This document shows positions 52,310 to 64,000 of a stretch of DNA of 64,000 nt, one piece after another; position 1 is the stretch's first letter, and each line of letters starts with the position of its first letter. The notes below the pieces were generated by a model. It had not been told where the DNA came from. It worked only from the letters and a program-made list of their open reading frames with translations, and did not search any database. The position numbers and the translations under genes are program-made. The stretch comes from the human T2T-CHM13v2.0 reference genome, Homo sapiens, in NCBI RefSeq assembly GCF_009914755.1, contig NC_060926.1. One strand, 5' to 3'.

Positions 52310-52662
52310 TGCCCTTCTTCCTGCCTGCTGAATACTCATTCCTCAGGGCCCTGCTGAAACATCACCTCTTCTGTGAAGCCTTCCCTAACCTCTCTACACA
52401 AATGGGCCACTTCTCCATTTGTTCCCTCACTCTTTCACTCTTTCTCACTCTACGTTTATTACTGGATCTGTCATAATGAACGGCATATGATATATATATA
52501 TAACAAAAATATATATATGTTATATATATATAACAAAAATATGTATATATATTGAGTAATACTTATTGAGTAATAAATATGCTTTTGTGATCTGTGGAAT
52601 TCCTGGTGCCTAGCAATATGCCTGACATGTGGTTAATGAACCTGTGAGCCAATGAATGAATG
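52310..52662 (+). mobile_element. L2 3' fragment containing a TA-rich duplication
   Basis: catcacctcttctgtgaagccttccctaacc...gtgcctagcaatatgcctgacatgt...aatgaatgaatg. Confidence 0.75.
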
Positions 52663-53117
52663 TCTGTTGACACTCAAAGTCAGATTCAATTGGATATTGA
52701 TTTTGGAGGAGAAAAAGCCAATATCATGTATCAAAACAGAAACCTCAACTTTGTGAATTTTCTACTATGGAAGAACTCAAACTCTATTTGAAAGAAAAGC
52801 ATAGTCAGCCAAGAAAAATATAGTAAGCACCTGCTGTATGGTGTCCCATACATCCTGCATCCAGGAGAGTTTATAAGAAAAGAAAAAAAAATGGGGTTAC
52901 CTTCAAGTTGCTCACTGTTAAAGTCAGGAAGAAAGCTGTAGGTTCATCTTACAGACAATAATGTAAGACCTCTCTCAAGCCAGTGGTCACTGACTGATAT
53001 ACAGCTCTAGGGTACCTGAGAGGGGGGGAAATCAAGGCCTGGCCAGCTATCAGCAAAGACTAGAAGCAAGCCAATAAAGCTTCCATAATGCTGATGCTCC
53101 CATCTATCTTTGAAATC

Positions 53118-53440
53118 CTCACTGTCCAATCAGGTGGCCACTGGCCCCCAGGGGCTATTGCACACATGAAACGTGGTCAGCCTAAACTGGAATGTGCTGT
53201 AAATGTGAAATACACACCAAATTCCAAAGACCTACTTGACAAGAAAAAGAATGTAATACTACCTCATTTATTTTTTATATCGATTACATATTAAAATGTT
53301 AAAATGACAATATTTCAGATATATTGGGTAAAAAAATATTAAAATTAAATTCACTGGTTTTTAAAAACTTTTTACAATGTAGCTGCCACAAAAGTACAAA
53401 TTACATGTGGCTCACACTATATTTCTGTTGGCCAGTGCCT
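53118..53440. mobile_element. MER33-like hAT-Charlie MITE
   Basis: ctgtccaat...tgtgctgtaaatgtgaaatacacacc...aaattacatgtggctcacactatatttctgttggccagtgc. Confidence 0.87.
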
Positions 53441-53784
53441 TTCTAAACCATAGATTTCCTTAGTGCCAGTGACTGTCACCTCAACTGCTTAGTTACCTGT
53501 GATCTTTGGGCATGGTTACCAGGAAGCTCTTGAAGGACCAACTGTCTCAAGGCCCTGAGTATACACTTGCATAGAAAATTAATATAGATTCATCAAGGCC
53601 TCTTGCCTTGTTCAGTAGCCAACTTGATGGACTTCATGTCAACCGCCATTGGTGTCTGTGTGGTTCCCTTCAGTTCTGCCTGAATTTCCTTTACATGGCT
53701 GGGAGAAAATTATAACGAGGGGTTGATATTTTCCACAAGCCTATACTGATAAGAGCAAGTGGTCTAGTCTGACAGCAATAAAGC

Positions 53785-54390
53785 CAAATGACTGCTAAGG
53801 CCCGGCAGGTAACATAAAAAGTGAAGCAAGCCTAGTGTATTCTTTTGATACAGTCTTGTGCTGCCTGGATATGAAACACACAGGAATTTTCTTCACTTCC
53901 CCAAAGAAATATGCCCTCTTCCTTTCCTTTTCTCTTTGTTTTGGAAACTTATGACGTTCTTGGCCAACCTTTCATTTTTCTGCTTTTGCTATAAAAAGAA
54001 ATTTCACTCAACTTTTAACTCAATTTAAGAATAAAAACAAAATAGTTCAAACAATGATAAATTGCAACTGACATTTGCCTCAGTGCAGGGGCTCAGTAGG
54101 GAATTGTGGGGACTGTGGAGAAGTGGGGAATGCAGGTCCCACACACAGCAGCAGCCCTGACTCAGCGCCAGCCAGTAGGTGCCAAGTGGTAACACAGGCC
54201 CCCAGTGGCCATATCTGATTTTTCAAGAGAAGCCAGAAACCTGGATATTTATGTGAAATCTCCTAATTTTCAAGTGTCGCCAAGTAATTCAAAATCTTTT
54301 TAAAACATAGTGTAAGTCAGAATTCTGTGATCTAAACAGAACATATCTACAGACTAAGTCTGGCTCATGGGCCACCAATTTGCAATCATG
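53785..54390. mobile_element. MER102-like hAT element, apparently split by about 250 bp of other sequence
   Basis: ggcaggtaacataaaaagtgaagc, then gtggggactgtgg...ttttcaagagaagccagaaacctggat...tatgtgaaatctcctaatttt. Confidence 0.75.
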
Positions 54391-54504
54391 TCTAGTTCCA
54401 GACTAACATCATCTACCTAGCAGGGAAAAAAAAGAGGAAAAAAAAAAAGAGGAAAAGAAATTAAAATTTTTTTCAATAGTTACTATATTCCTGGAACTTC
54501 ATCT

Positions 54505-54650
54505 CTTTTCCCTCATTTAATCATCCCAACAGCCTAAGAAGTAGTATTAACCTCATTTGCACAACTGAAGAAACAGAAATTAAAGTGATTTGCTCAAGAT
54601 AACTCAATGAGAAGCTTCCAAACTGAAAGAAGTTGTTAACTTCTTGTTCC
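54505..54650 (-). mobile_element. MIR fragment
   Basis: ctcatttaatcatcccaacagcct...aagtgatttgctcaagat. Confidence 0.7.
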
Positions 54651-55539
54651 CTAAACATATTTTCATTCCTGTGCTTCCTGTTCTCTCCCAGTCTGGGAGA
54701 CCTTGCCCAGCTCCCTGACGTCTAAGACCTTCCCTAATCAGCCCAGCCCTCACCTGCCTGCTCATATCTCCTGGGTGCTCACTCCCTGGATGCATTCTTA
54801 GCAATCAGAAACCGAGCATGTCTTTCGCATGTCTTCCAAGGCAGGCAAGAACTATGACCAATGTTTTTGAACCCTCAGCATGAATCACGAGCACCTTCAT
54901 TTAATACAGGCACAAAATATGTTTGCTCGTTGTAATATACATCCCTTGGCTTGCCCACTCTCCTCCCACCCCACTCCTTTTTGTGTGAGTTCTCTTCATA
55001 TCCTTCATCTTCTTTCATTTGAATAGTTTGCATCAATTCTTTATTATAATGCTGATTAAAGAACCCATAGAACATGAGAACAGGTGCTGAGGAAAAACAG
55101 CTTAGAGACCAGCCCTTAAAAGCCTTCATTGGCTCCACAGGAACCAGCGGCCCAGAGGAAGTCAGGGTTGGTTCAAGGTTACTGAAGACTGAAGTCACAG
55201 TACTAGAAGGAGAACCCAGTCTTACAGACAGACTGAAAATGAGAAGTGTCATCTCAGCAGGTTTATACTTTCTGGGGCCCTCTTACTCCAACTTTTTGAT
55301 CTTTCCCAGAATAGCTTTATTCCTTTTCTCTTCGGCACAGTGAAATTATTTTTGGCCAGACTTGTTAGACCCCATTCAAACAAAATGGCTTCAAGCTGGG
55401 AGAAGCTCCTTCTCTCCTTCTCCAGATTAGGTTGCCAGCTGACCACACCTACCTGAGGGAACCTCTAGCATCCACTTTTGTATCTCATTAAGAGGAGCAA
55501 ATATAGTAACAACCAGGATCTTGCACATTCCTGAAGCAA

Positions 55540-55730
55540 CTTATTAGTAACAAAGCATTTTCACATCCCTTATTTTGTTTGACATTTACAGTAGCCTGAT
55601 AATAACCAAGCAGATGTCATTATGGCCATTTTACAGATGAGGAAACTGTGAACCATAGAGGTTAAGTGATTTACCTACATCATAAGGCAACACTAACACT
55701 TGAGCATAATCTTCTGAACCTTTAAGTGGT
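55540..55730 (-). mobile_element. MIR SINE
   Basis: ccattttacagatgaggaaactg...agaggttaagtgatttacc. Confidence 0.85.
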
Positions 55731-55964
55731 TTCCTCTTGGGATTTTTTTTTATTTCACAATAATTTTTATTCTTCTGATTTGAAAAGTTTTACCTCTCTA
55801 TGGTATAAGATCGGGAAAATATAAAAATGTTGAAAGAAGAAAATAAATGATGGTTGTACTCTTAAAACTCAAGATAATTATGATTAACATGCTGGTGTAT
55901 TTTCTTATTTATTGTCTGTGTATATTTTTTAACACAGAATATTAAAAAGTATTTAATGGTATGA

Positions 55965-56307
<343 letters not shown>

Positions 56308-57599
56308 TAGTTTGTATTATTTTTACACTTAACGTTATGTCAAGAGAATTTACTGTCATGAAATACCCATTGAAAAAATAATTCTTAATAATTGCAAACA
56401 TTTCATCCAACATAAGAGCCATCCCCTACTTTGACATATTTTTCCCATACTTCAATTAAAAATCATATTATGATAAACATCCTTATAGCTACATTTTGCT
56501 CCAGATTTCTGAATGGAATAAACAGTGAAATTTTTCCTTAGGATGTGTAGTGAACCAAGCAATTAATCAAGAAGAATTCCAGGACAACAAACTTGAGCAT
56601 TTCATAAGTGCCAGATGCTGGGTTCATGGGGACCAAAAGCTATGGGCACCATTTTCTGAAGGGCTTTTGCAATAAACTATTTCCCAAATTGTATCACTCC
56701 CTACTGCCCCTACCTTAGTCCAAGGGACTCCTACCGTTGTTTCCTAACTGGTCTTCTGTCCCTAGCCTCCTCGGTCCCAAATTTAAAAGTAAGTTCTGGC
56801 ATATAGCAAGCATTCAATAAATGTCCCTTCCACACACATTTTTATCTCTCACCCTGTAGACCTGTTGGTGCTCATAAATATGTTCCAAATGTTTTCCTTT
56901 GTCCAATTAGGCTGGAAGTTCCCTGACACAGATCTCCCAGTCTGTCTCTCTCTGCAGCCCATCACAGCTTCCAGCAAAGACCTCTTCCTTTGGGAAGAGG
57001 GATTTTATGGAGTTCTAGAAGAACTGATTATATACATTTAGAAAAGAGTCAAGACCTAAACCAATAATCAAGCCAATCTCCAAGGGAAACGCTACTCAGA
57101 GAACCTTAGAAATGGCTATGGCTTAAGCCAGAGTTGTCATCAAATTTAGAAAATATATTAAAAACATAGTTTTAAAACCATCATCCTTTTATTCAGGGAT
57201 AAGCATCTCACCCCATCTTCTGCCCTTTTGCTGATTTTTCAGCTTTGAAAGAGACCACCCAAGTTGTAAAGTCTCCAGCAGCAGTCTGATCAGTTCTGGT
57301 TTAGGGTGGCTCCCAGTAATCAGTTTGAACAGAATCCTCAAACTACATTCATTTCCATGTCTTCTTTAAAGGGAAAACAAAACAAAAAAAAAGTGAAAAT
57401 ACAATGTCAAAGAATGCTCCCAGTGGCAAGGCACAAGACATCTGCACTGTTCCACTACCCTATGGGGCAACCCTTAAGCCCTGCTCCCTTCCTGGTATTC
57501 TAAGGTATCTTTCTTAGAAGGAAATCTGTCCTTACTCTTATGTAGTTATTCCCTGCATCAGATATTCCACCACCCCAGCAGCAAGAGCTCTGTGACATG

Positions 57600-57775
57600 A
57601 TAATGATGATAGTTTATTTATGGTTCACATCTACTTTCTCATTGGATCCTTACAACAAGGTAGCTAGAGCAAGCATTATTATACCTGTAAAGTGCAGACG
57701 CAAATACTGAGGTTCAGAATATGTTAGCAGCTTGGCCAAAGCCTTGGAGTTAGGAAGAGGTTCAGTCAGACTCTA
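57600..57775 (-). mobile_element. MIR fragment
   Basis: ggatccttacaacaa...atactgaggttcaga...cttggccaaag. Confidence 0.6.
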
Positions 57776-58049
57776 CCCAGCCAATGGGCACTTTGGTGTA
57801 AACGTGACGCATCCTGGTTGGCGGGGGGCCACCACCTCTTTTTCCTTGCCTCAAGCTTTGCCCCTCTAACTGGTGAAGAATCATGTCTCTCACTGGCCCT
57901 TGTGGAGAAGCCACATGGACAACCAGGGTAAATCTCTCAAGATCTTTGAAGGCAAAAATATTAGTCATTCCAGGAGTTGGCATTGTAGACCTCACTCCCT
58001 TCCAGGCAGCCCCTGCAGAGTTGAGGGGCTCCCTGGATACCTGCTGCAC

Positions 58050-58690
58050 TGCAATCCACATCATCATCTCATCCTGAGACTTTTCTTCAAAATATCCCAA
58101 CTGGTGCTCTGTTTCTCATCATAACTCCCTCCAATCCTTCTTCCAACCAAGTTATCTTTGTTTTATCTCCTCACTCTCCTATTTTAAATCTTCAGTGGAG
58201 CTCCATCCCCTGCATGAGGAGGTAGACACCTTAGGCTCGCATTAAAAGCCATCTGCATTGTGCCCCTTCCCTATAGGCCACTCCATCCCCACACTTTCCA
58301 TACATGGACTGTGATGCTGCTCTTTCTTCACCCTAAACCCTCCTCACATACTGTTCCTTAAGGCTTCTGAGCCTTTCTCAAGTCCTACTCCCTTCCTGGA
58401 ATTTCAAACCTCTGCACCTTCAAAACCTGCTTTAAGCTCTACCTCTTCCATTCATATCCTCTAAGTGAACCAGACTTCCCCAGCTTCTGCACACTCTGAT
58501 GTCCTGAGGAACTGGTCCACTGCTCCACTCACATCACCTCTGAACTATAAGCTGCTATTTACTATAATGAGGATCTTGTGTCTGTGTGACTCCCCAGTTT
58601 GCTAACAAATTCCTTGAAGACCAACACTATGCCTTAAAGACCAAGCAGCTTACCGCCAAGTACAGAACAAGTGTTCAAAAGTCCTCACTG
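58050..58690 (+). mobile_element. Fragmented L2
   Basis: ttttaaatcttcagtggagctccatc...aaattccttgaagaccaacactatgcc. Confidence 0.55.
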
Positions 58691-58739
58691 GATATGTAGA
58701 TATGCAGATTGAGGCTAGGACAGCAGGTATGAAATAGGG

Positions 58740-58880
58740 AGACTGGAATAGAGTCACACAATGTGGTTAATGATAAGGCCTTGGGGAACTCTCTTTCTCC
58801 TTCCTGAGCTCATGCTACTCATTTATAAAATGAAGAGATTAGACAAGATAACCTCAAATGCTTCTTCAAACTCTATGAAT
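58740..58880 (+). mobile_element. MIR3-like fragment
   Basis: ctcatttataaaatgaagagattagacaagataacctc...actctatgaatc. Confidence 0.65.
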
Positions 58881-60049
58881 CACCAAATATGTGGGATAGA
58901 TGGGAAATTTTCAACTGTGAGACCAAAATAATTTTGAAGGCCTTAGTAATTATATTGAAGAACTGCTTTTTCACCAAATGTTGACCATGCCTCCTGCAAA
59001 TCCACTGATTTTTTTTTTTATTAAGCCCACCAGACTCAATGGCCATAATGAGATCCACACACTTGTCAGGTGCTGAAGGCATTTGGCCTTTGGCCTTCAT
59101 CTCACCAGCCCCCAGCACATGGGAGTGGGCCACGACTTTCACACACGTGTTCCCTCTTACCTAATCTTTTAAAAGGAAACACAGCATTATAAAATTTAGA
59201 GAGAGGCAGGAAGGGAGAAGACAGGGGGTGGAGAAAACAGAACTTGAGAAATAATTTTCCAACCAAGAAAATAATATCAAATACATGGGTCGTTAAACTG
59301 AAAAGCCATTCTGAATCTGGAGGACTATTTTCTTGAATGTCTGGGATGTAGCGGTTATAACATGCATACTCCACTTCTATCTGAACATAAATAAAAGGTT
59401 TATAAGTGAAGCATATTTGTCAGGCACCAAAACAGTGATAATTAAATTCATGGGGCATGTATGCATTACAAAAAAACCAGAATCGCAGCAGCTTGAGATC
59501 TTATAAAGTAGCTGATTATCATCAACACTATAATTACTCACGAGCCCAAGGAATGTACTCCAGGCCTCCTCAGACTTGTCTAGTATCAGACAAGAGAGCA
59601 CCATAATTATATTTCATATTTTGAGCCAACCCTAAAAATGTATGTACAGAGGGAAATGACACAACTCTCTGTGCCCTCTGAGGTAAATGCAGATACTAAA
59701 ACTTGTCTTAGAGGAAAACAGTAAATCTTTATTGATCTAAAACTTTTTAAAAATCAGGAAAATATTCACAGATGTCAAAGTTTCATTAAGTTTTAACTTA
59801 ATGAAAAGGTGAGTGAAATTATAAGTGAGAAAAGTATGTTATTTAAGATGCAAATTATAGTAATAAAATTAGGTAGGTAGATGGTGAAAGACTCAACTCC
59901 CATCATTACAGAATATAGGACAATTTCATCACAAACATAAAAGTTTTATCAATTGGAGTCTATAAATTTTGCGAAGAATTTTAATTCAACTATTTCTCTT
60001 GATTCCAATAATATCTGAGCAGTAAGCAAAGCAACCTTATTTAACCGCC

Positions 60050-60170
60050 CATAAACCTGAAATCATAAGAGGTAAAGTGACTTACCCAAGATCACACAGT
60101 TGCTTAACAATGGGGTTGCTACTAAAGTCTGAGCTCTCTGCGATCAAACATCTATCTTACTCTCCCACTT
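60050..60170 (-). mobile_element. MIR fragment
   Basis: agaggtaaagtgacttacccaagatcacacag. Confidence 0.8.
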
Positions 60171-60474
60171 CACCCTCTGGGGTTGAAGCCATGTTGATTG
60201 ATTTCTTGCTTCTGTAAGCTCTTGGCTAGAAAAAGCTAATACATTTATATGGGATTTGGATCCAGCACAAATTTTTTAGTGTCTACCTAAGCAGTCTAAA
60301 AAAGCACTTTCACCTACTTAATCTGTGGAATATCAAAACTCTAAAAACTTCCCATGAAGATTAATTAATCAATTTTTTTCTAGCGTCACATGTCTAAAAC
60401 CTCAAAATGCCATTGCAGTGATCTGTAATAATAAAGTACCACAATAATTAAATCTTTAAAATCACTCCAACATG

Positions 60475-60595
60475 GGATTCCTAAGTCTGAACCACAGTTC
60501 TGCCACTCGTTAGCCATATGACCTTAGGCAAATGATTTAACTTCTCCAAGGCTCAGTTTTCTAACCCTAAAAATGGGACAATACCTATTCATCCA
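60475..60595 (+). mobile_element. MIR fragment
   Basis: tgaccttaggcaaatgatttaacttctccaaggctcagttttc...aaaatgggacaatacct. Confidence 0.85.
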
Positions 60596-60781
60596 GCACA
60601 CAAGAAATTTCTTGTTGCACGGTAAGGGATCAACAATTGTTAGTTTTCTCCCTTCCCTTGCTCAAGTCTTTTTAAAATTTCATTTGTTAAAATAATGATT
60701 GTTTTTCTAGGATCATTGTGCTCAAAAACCACTCGACTATTGCATTAATTGATTTTTTATTCAGAATCTTCCTGTGATACT

Positions 60782-60890
60782 ATCCATTCATTCACAAATA
60801 TTTATGTGCAGCCACTGTTCTGAGTACTGGTCATATGGTGGTGAACAAAACAAACAAAGCTTTGGTCATCAGAGAGCTTCCATTCAACAA
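60782..60890 (-). mobile_element. L2 3' end
   Basis: cattcattcacaaatatttatg...ctgttctgagtactgg...gtgaacaaaac. Confidence 0.75.
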
Positions 60891-63800
60891 ACTGGACAAC
60901 TTCTTGGCTTTGGTCAGTATTTCCACATGTGGAGGGTAAGCAACTTCACTGGTAAAAGCCAGAAGACTCATCCTGTGACTTGGCCTTACCAGACGCTCTC
61001 TGGTCCACTCACTTTCTCCAAGGCAAAGATCAGATCCCTGGGAGGCATGCTCCCTGATGCACAGAAAGGTAGCAAGCGCCTGCCGTGGACTCCTTTGCGG
61101 CCACTATAGCAATCTGACTCTGCTCCAGGGGACTTGGTCGCTGGGGTCAAGTTCTTATCCAGTCCCATACGGTACCCCCACCAACAATGGGGGGGACTTG
61201 GAGGTGACTTGGTGTCCCTGACAGCTTGCCCCAAAGTTGGGTTTATCCTAAGTGTGGTTCTGAGTCAGCTCTCCTGACTTTTCCTAAATGACAGATGCAT
61301 TTCCAGCAAATGAGAGGTGGTGACAAATTACATCACCTCAAAAGCCCCGACTTATGCCAGCATCCTCTCCCTTCCCTCTCTGCCACAGGGCTTACTTCCA
61401 AGTGGCCTTTATGAGCTAAAACAAAACAAAAAGCCAGCCAAGTCTGCCAAAGTTGTGTGGCCTCCCATGCCCCTTAGGTCTGTCCATATTCTAAGACCTG
61501 GCCTGGAGTCCCTGGGGATGCCCAGCATCAAGCAGGTTACAGCAGGGGACAAGCCACGAAAGCATCTGTGTGGCAGCATGATCAGGCCCATTTTTTCCTT
61601 TTTTTTTCCCTTCTCAGTGGCTCCTAACCAAATCATTCTCTAGGTTTGAAAGGGCTCTGCAGGAATGCAGAGAAAAGGACGGTGACTCAGAAGATGGTGA
61701 CCGCGTCATCTGCTTTGCATTGTCGAGTACATTTTTCACATGTTACTGGGTGAAGTTAGCAATAAAGGGCACCAAATGCTAGAAATAGAACAAAAAGAGA
61801 TAAAGAAAGGGGAAAAAAAAAGAAAAAATTCTTATTTCCTCCAGAGAAATCTGTCTTGATTCAGGACCACTGGTGTTATAGGAAAAATCATTTTGCTTTT
61901 GAACAGCTCTTTCTGACTCACTTGTTGGAAAGAATGTGCTGAACAAATAACCCCCTTCTCCCCCCAAACAGCTTTGCTGAAATCCGAACGCTCTAAGTTC
62001 TCCTTGTTGACTTGTGAAAGAGATCTCTCTATATTCATTTGGGCTCTGTGCACGTCACATGATACCAATACATTCCAAATGCTAAGATACAAGATTACTA
62101 CTTAACCATAGAACAAACCAACAGGAATTTTAATCAAGACAATATCCAATAATGAATAAAGATGGAATGTTTTGGAAGGATTCCAGAATACACATTTGGG
62201 AATTTTTAATCTTGCTCGTCTTTGAATCTAGCAAAAATACTTTAAACTTTTCTGACTATGCCATTTTAGGCTGCATCCAGAAACCAGCTACTATCTAAGG
62301 TATTAAAGCGTTTCATCTGCACAGACATTGAATTTCCAAATCTATTTCAATAATTGATACCAGATTAACTGAAATATGAATCAACAGACAACTTTCTTTA
62401 AAGACATTCTATAAGCTGAGTTATTTTATGATATAAAAGATGAAAAGAAATCAAGATAATAGTGATCATTATGTGGCAAGAATATTTCTATATTTTAGGA
62501 TTTGTTTTATTTTAATGTTTGTATTCAGACCAGGTTTATTTGTAATAGTTTATCACATTGCTTCATTAAGCCATACTCAGCTATTGGTGGCCAAACATTT
62601 AGCATGAGTTTGAAGGTTATCTGAATCATCACTAAATGTAAAGGAAGCTCTTTTATAACAATAATTAAAATCAGCTGTAACTTACCCAAAATGAGAATTT
62701 TGGCATATTTTAACTGGTTTTGAAAGAGTTATGGCTGTAAGAAGGCAGTGGCCTAGTAATGAGTTTACAAGTTTAGGATACTGAGGCTCTTTTTCCTGAT
62801 GGGTGGGGATTTTCCACACCCACCCTGACAGCTACCACCAAATGGAACCAAGACAATTCCCCTTCCACAAGGCTGCTTTGAGCACTGGTGTTTGGGTCTT
62901 TGAAAGGGACCAAGCTATGGCTGGAAAAAAGATGCTAAAAGTGGAACATAGATTAAACGTGACACGTTACACTATAGGAAAGGTATTTGTGAAGACCATG
63001 CAGTAGATCAAAGACTCCACTGCACTTATTTTTGTCTTCACACACCTACTAAACCTGTATTTCTGCTGATTAGTGAAATTCCAGCTCTTTGACAATCCCA
63101 GGACCCTAAATTGATATATCATCCAGCAGCATTAAAATGTTGGTTTTGCATGATTAAAAGTGTGGGTGCACAATTTCACTGGGAGGAATGAGAGTCGTGA
63201 GCCATTTAAAGTAAATCAAGACTAAACAAGGAAAATGAGAAAAATGGCCTGTGCAATTGCCCGGTTAGTCATCTCAGTATCCCAGCTGAAGGGGAGATTA
63301 GAACTAAGGTCTGAGCTGGGGATATTTCCCAGGGGTGGATGCTAGTTTTAGGGCAGATTCTCTGGCATACTCTGATTAAGCCACTAATTTGGGTCAGAAG
63401 GAGGGAAACAGAGCTAGTAATGCATTTCTGAGTCCATCTCAAGAGAGTAATTGATCAATGTCTGCTTTATTTCTTTTTCACTTTATGTATTTGTTTTCCA
63501 AAAAAAAAAAGGGAATTATTTTCAAATCATTTTGAATATTACAGATTTTATCTGGGTATCCTAACCAAGAATTCCAGATAGAATCTAGTATATACAGTGA
63601 AAGTTAAAACACTGAATAACTGTAAGCCAGAGAACAAACTCATCCCAGAAAAGATTTTACAGTATTCCCAGAGAATAGGAGACGCTAATAGAGTTATATA
63701 TGTTTTAAGAGGTAGATACAATCACGTGTGCACAATATAAAACAGAAGGTTTTTAATGATTGAAAAAGGAGGGGAAAAAACGCTATTTGGTAGTAGCTTG

Positions 63801-64000
63801 GTGAACTTTGGCTGAACTTCTCTGTTTGGCAGGCTCTGGTGCGGACAGTCTAGGATGAGGCATTAGGGCTCGCATCTGAGAAGTTGACATCAAGCAGACA
63901 GCAAGACATGATATCTTATTTTCCTGAGCCATGCTGACACAAATTGAACTCCCTTATTATTTTCTTATGCCTGTAAAGTTGCACTTGGAATTTAAGCATT

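Overview
This window is primate nuclear genomic DNA. AluJ, AluS and AluY copies plus an L1PA element point to a catarrhine, possibly human. It is AT-rich, CpG-depleted and intergenic or intronic in character. I cannot support any protein-coding gene, rRNA, tRNA or CRISPR array. The ORF track is explained by chance ORFs, Alu read-through, decayed L1 ORF2 and one hAT transposase remnant. Much of the window is interspersed repeats (Alu, L1, L2, MIR, L3, MaLR/ERV LTRs, hAT and TcMar DNA elements), often nested and with readable target-site duplications (TSDs). Subfamily names come from recalled consensus sequences rather than a database search, and boundaries without TSDs are approximate. I found no convincing new biological system. 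The best leads are: a CpG-intact (GCCCC)n array next to a CCAAT box inside an old L2, near a CpG-enriched patch (25.1-25.9 kb); a repeat-free, homeodomain-motif-rich block with hairpins (6.3-7.4 kb); a candidate 145/150-nt exon between inverted Alus (22.8-23.0 kb); and several retrotransposition or template-switch scars.
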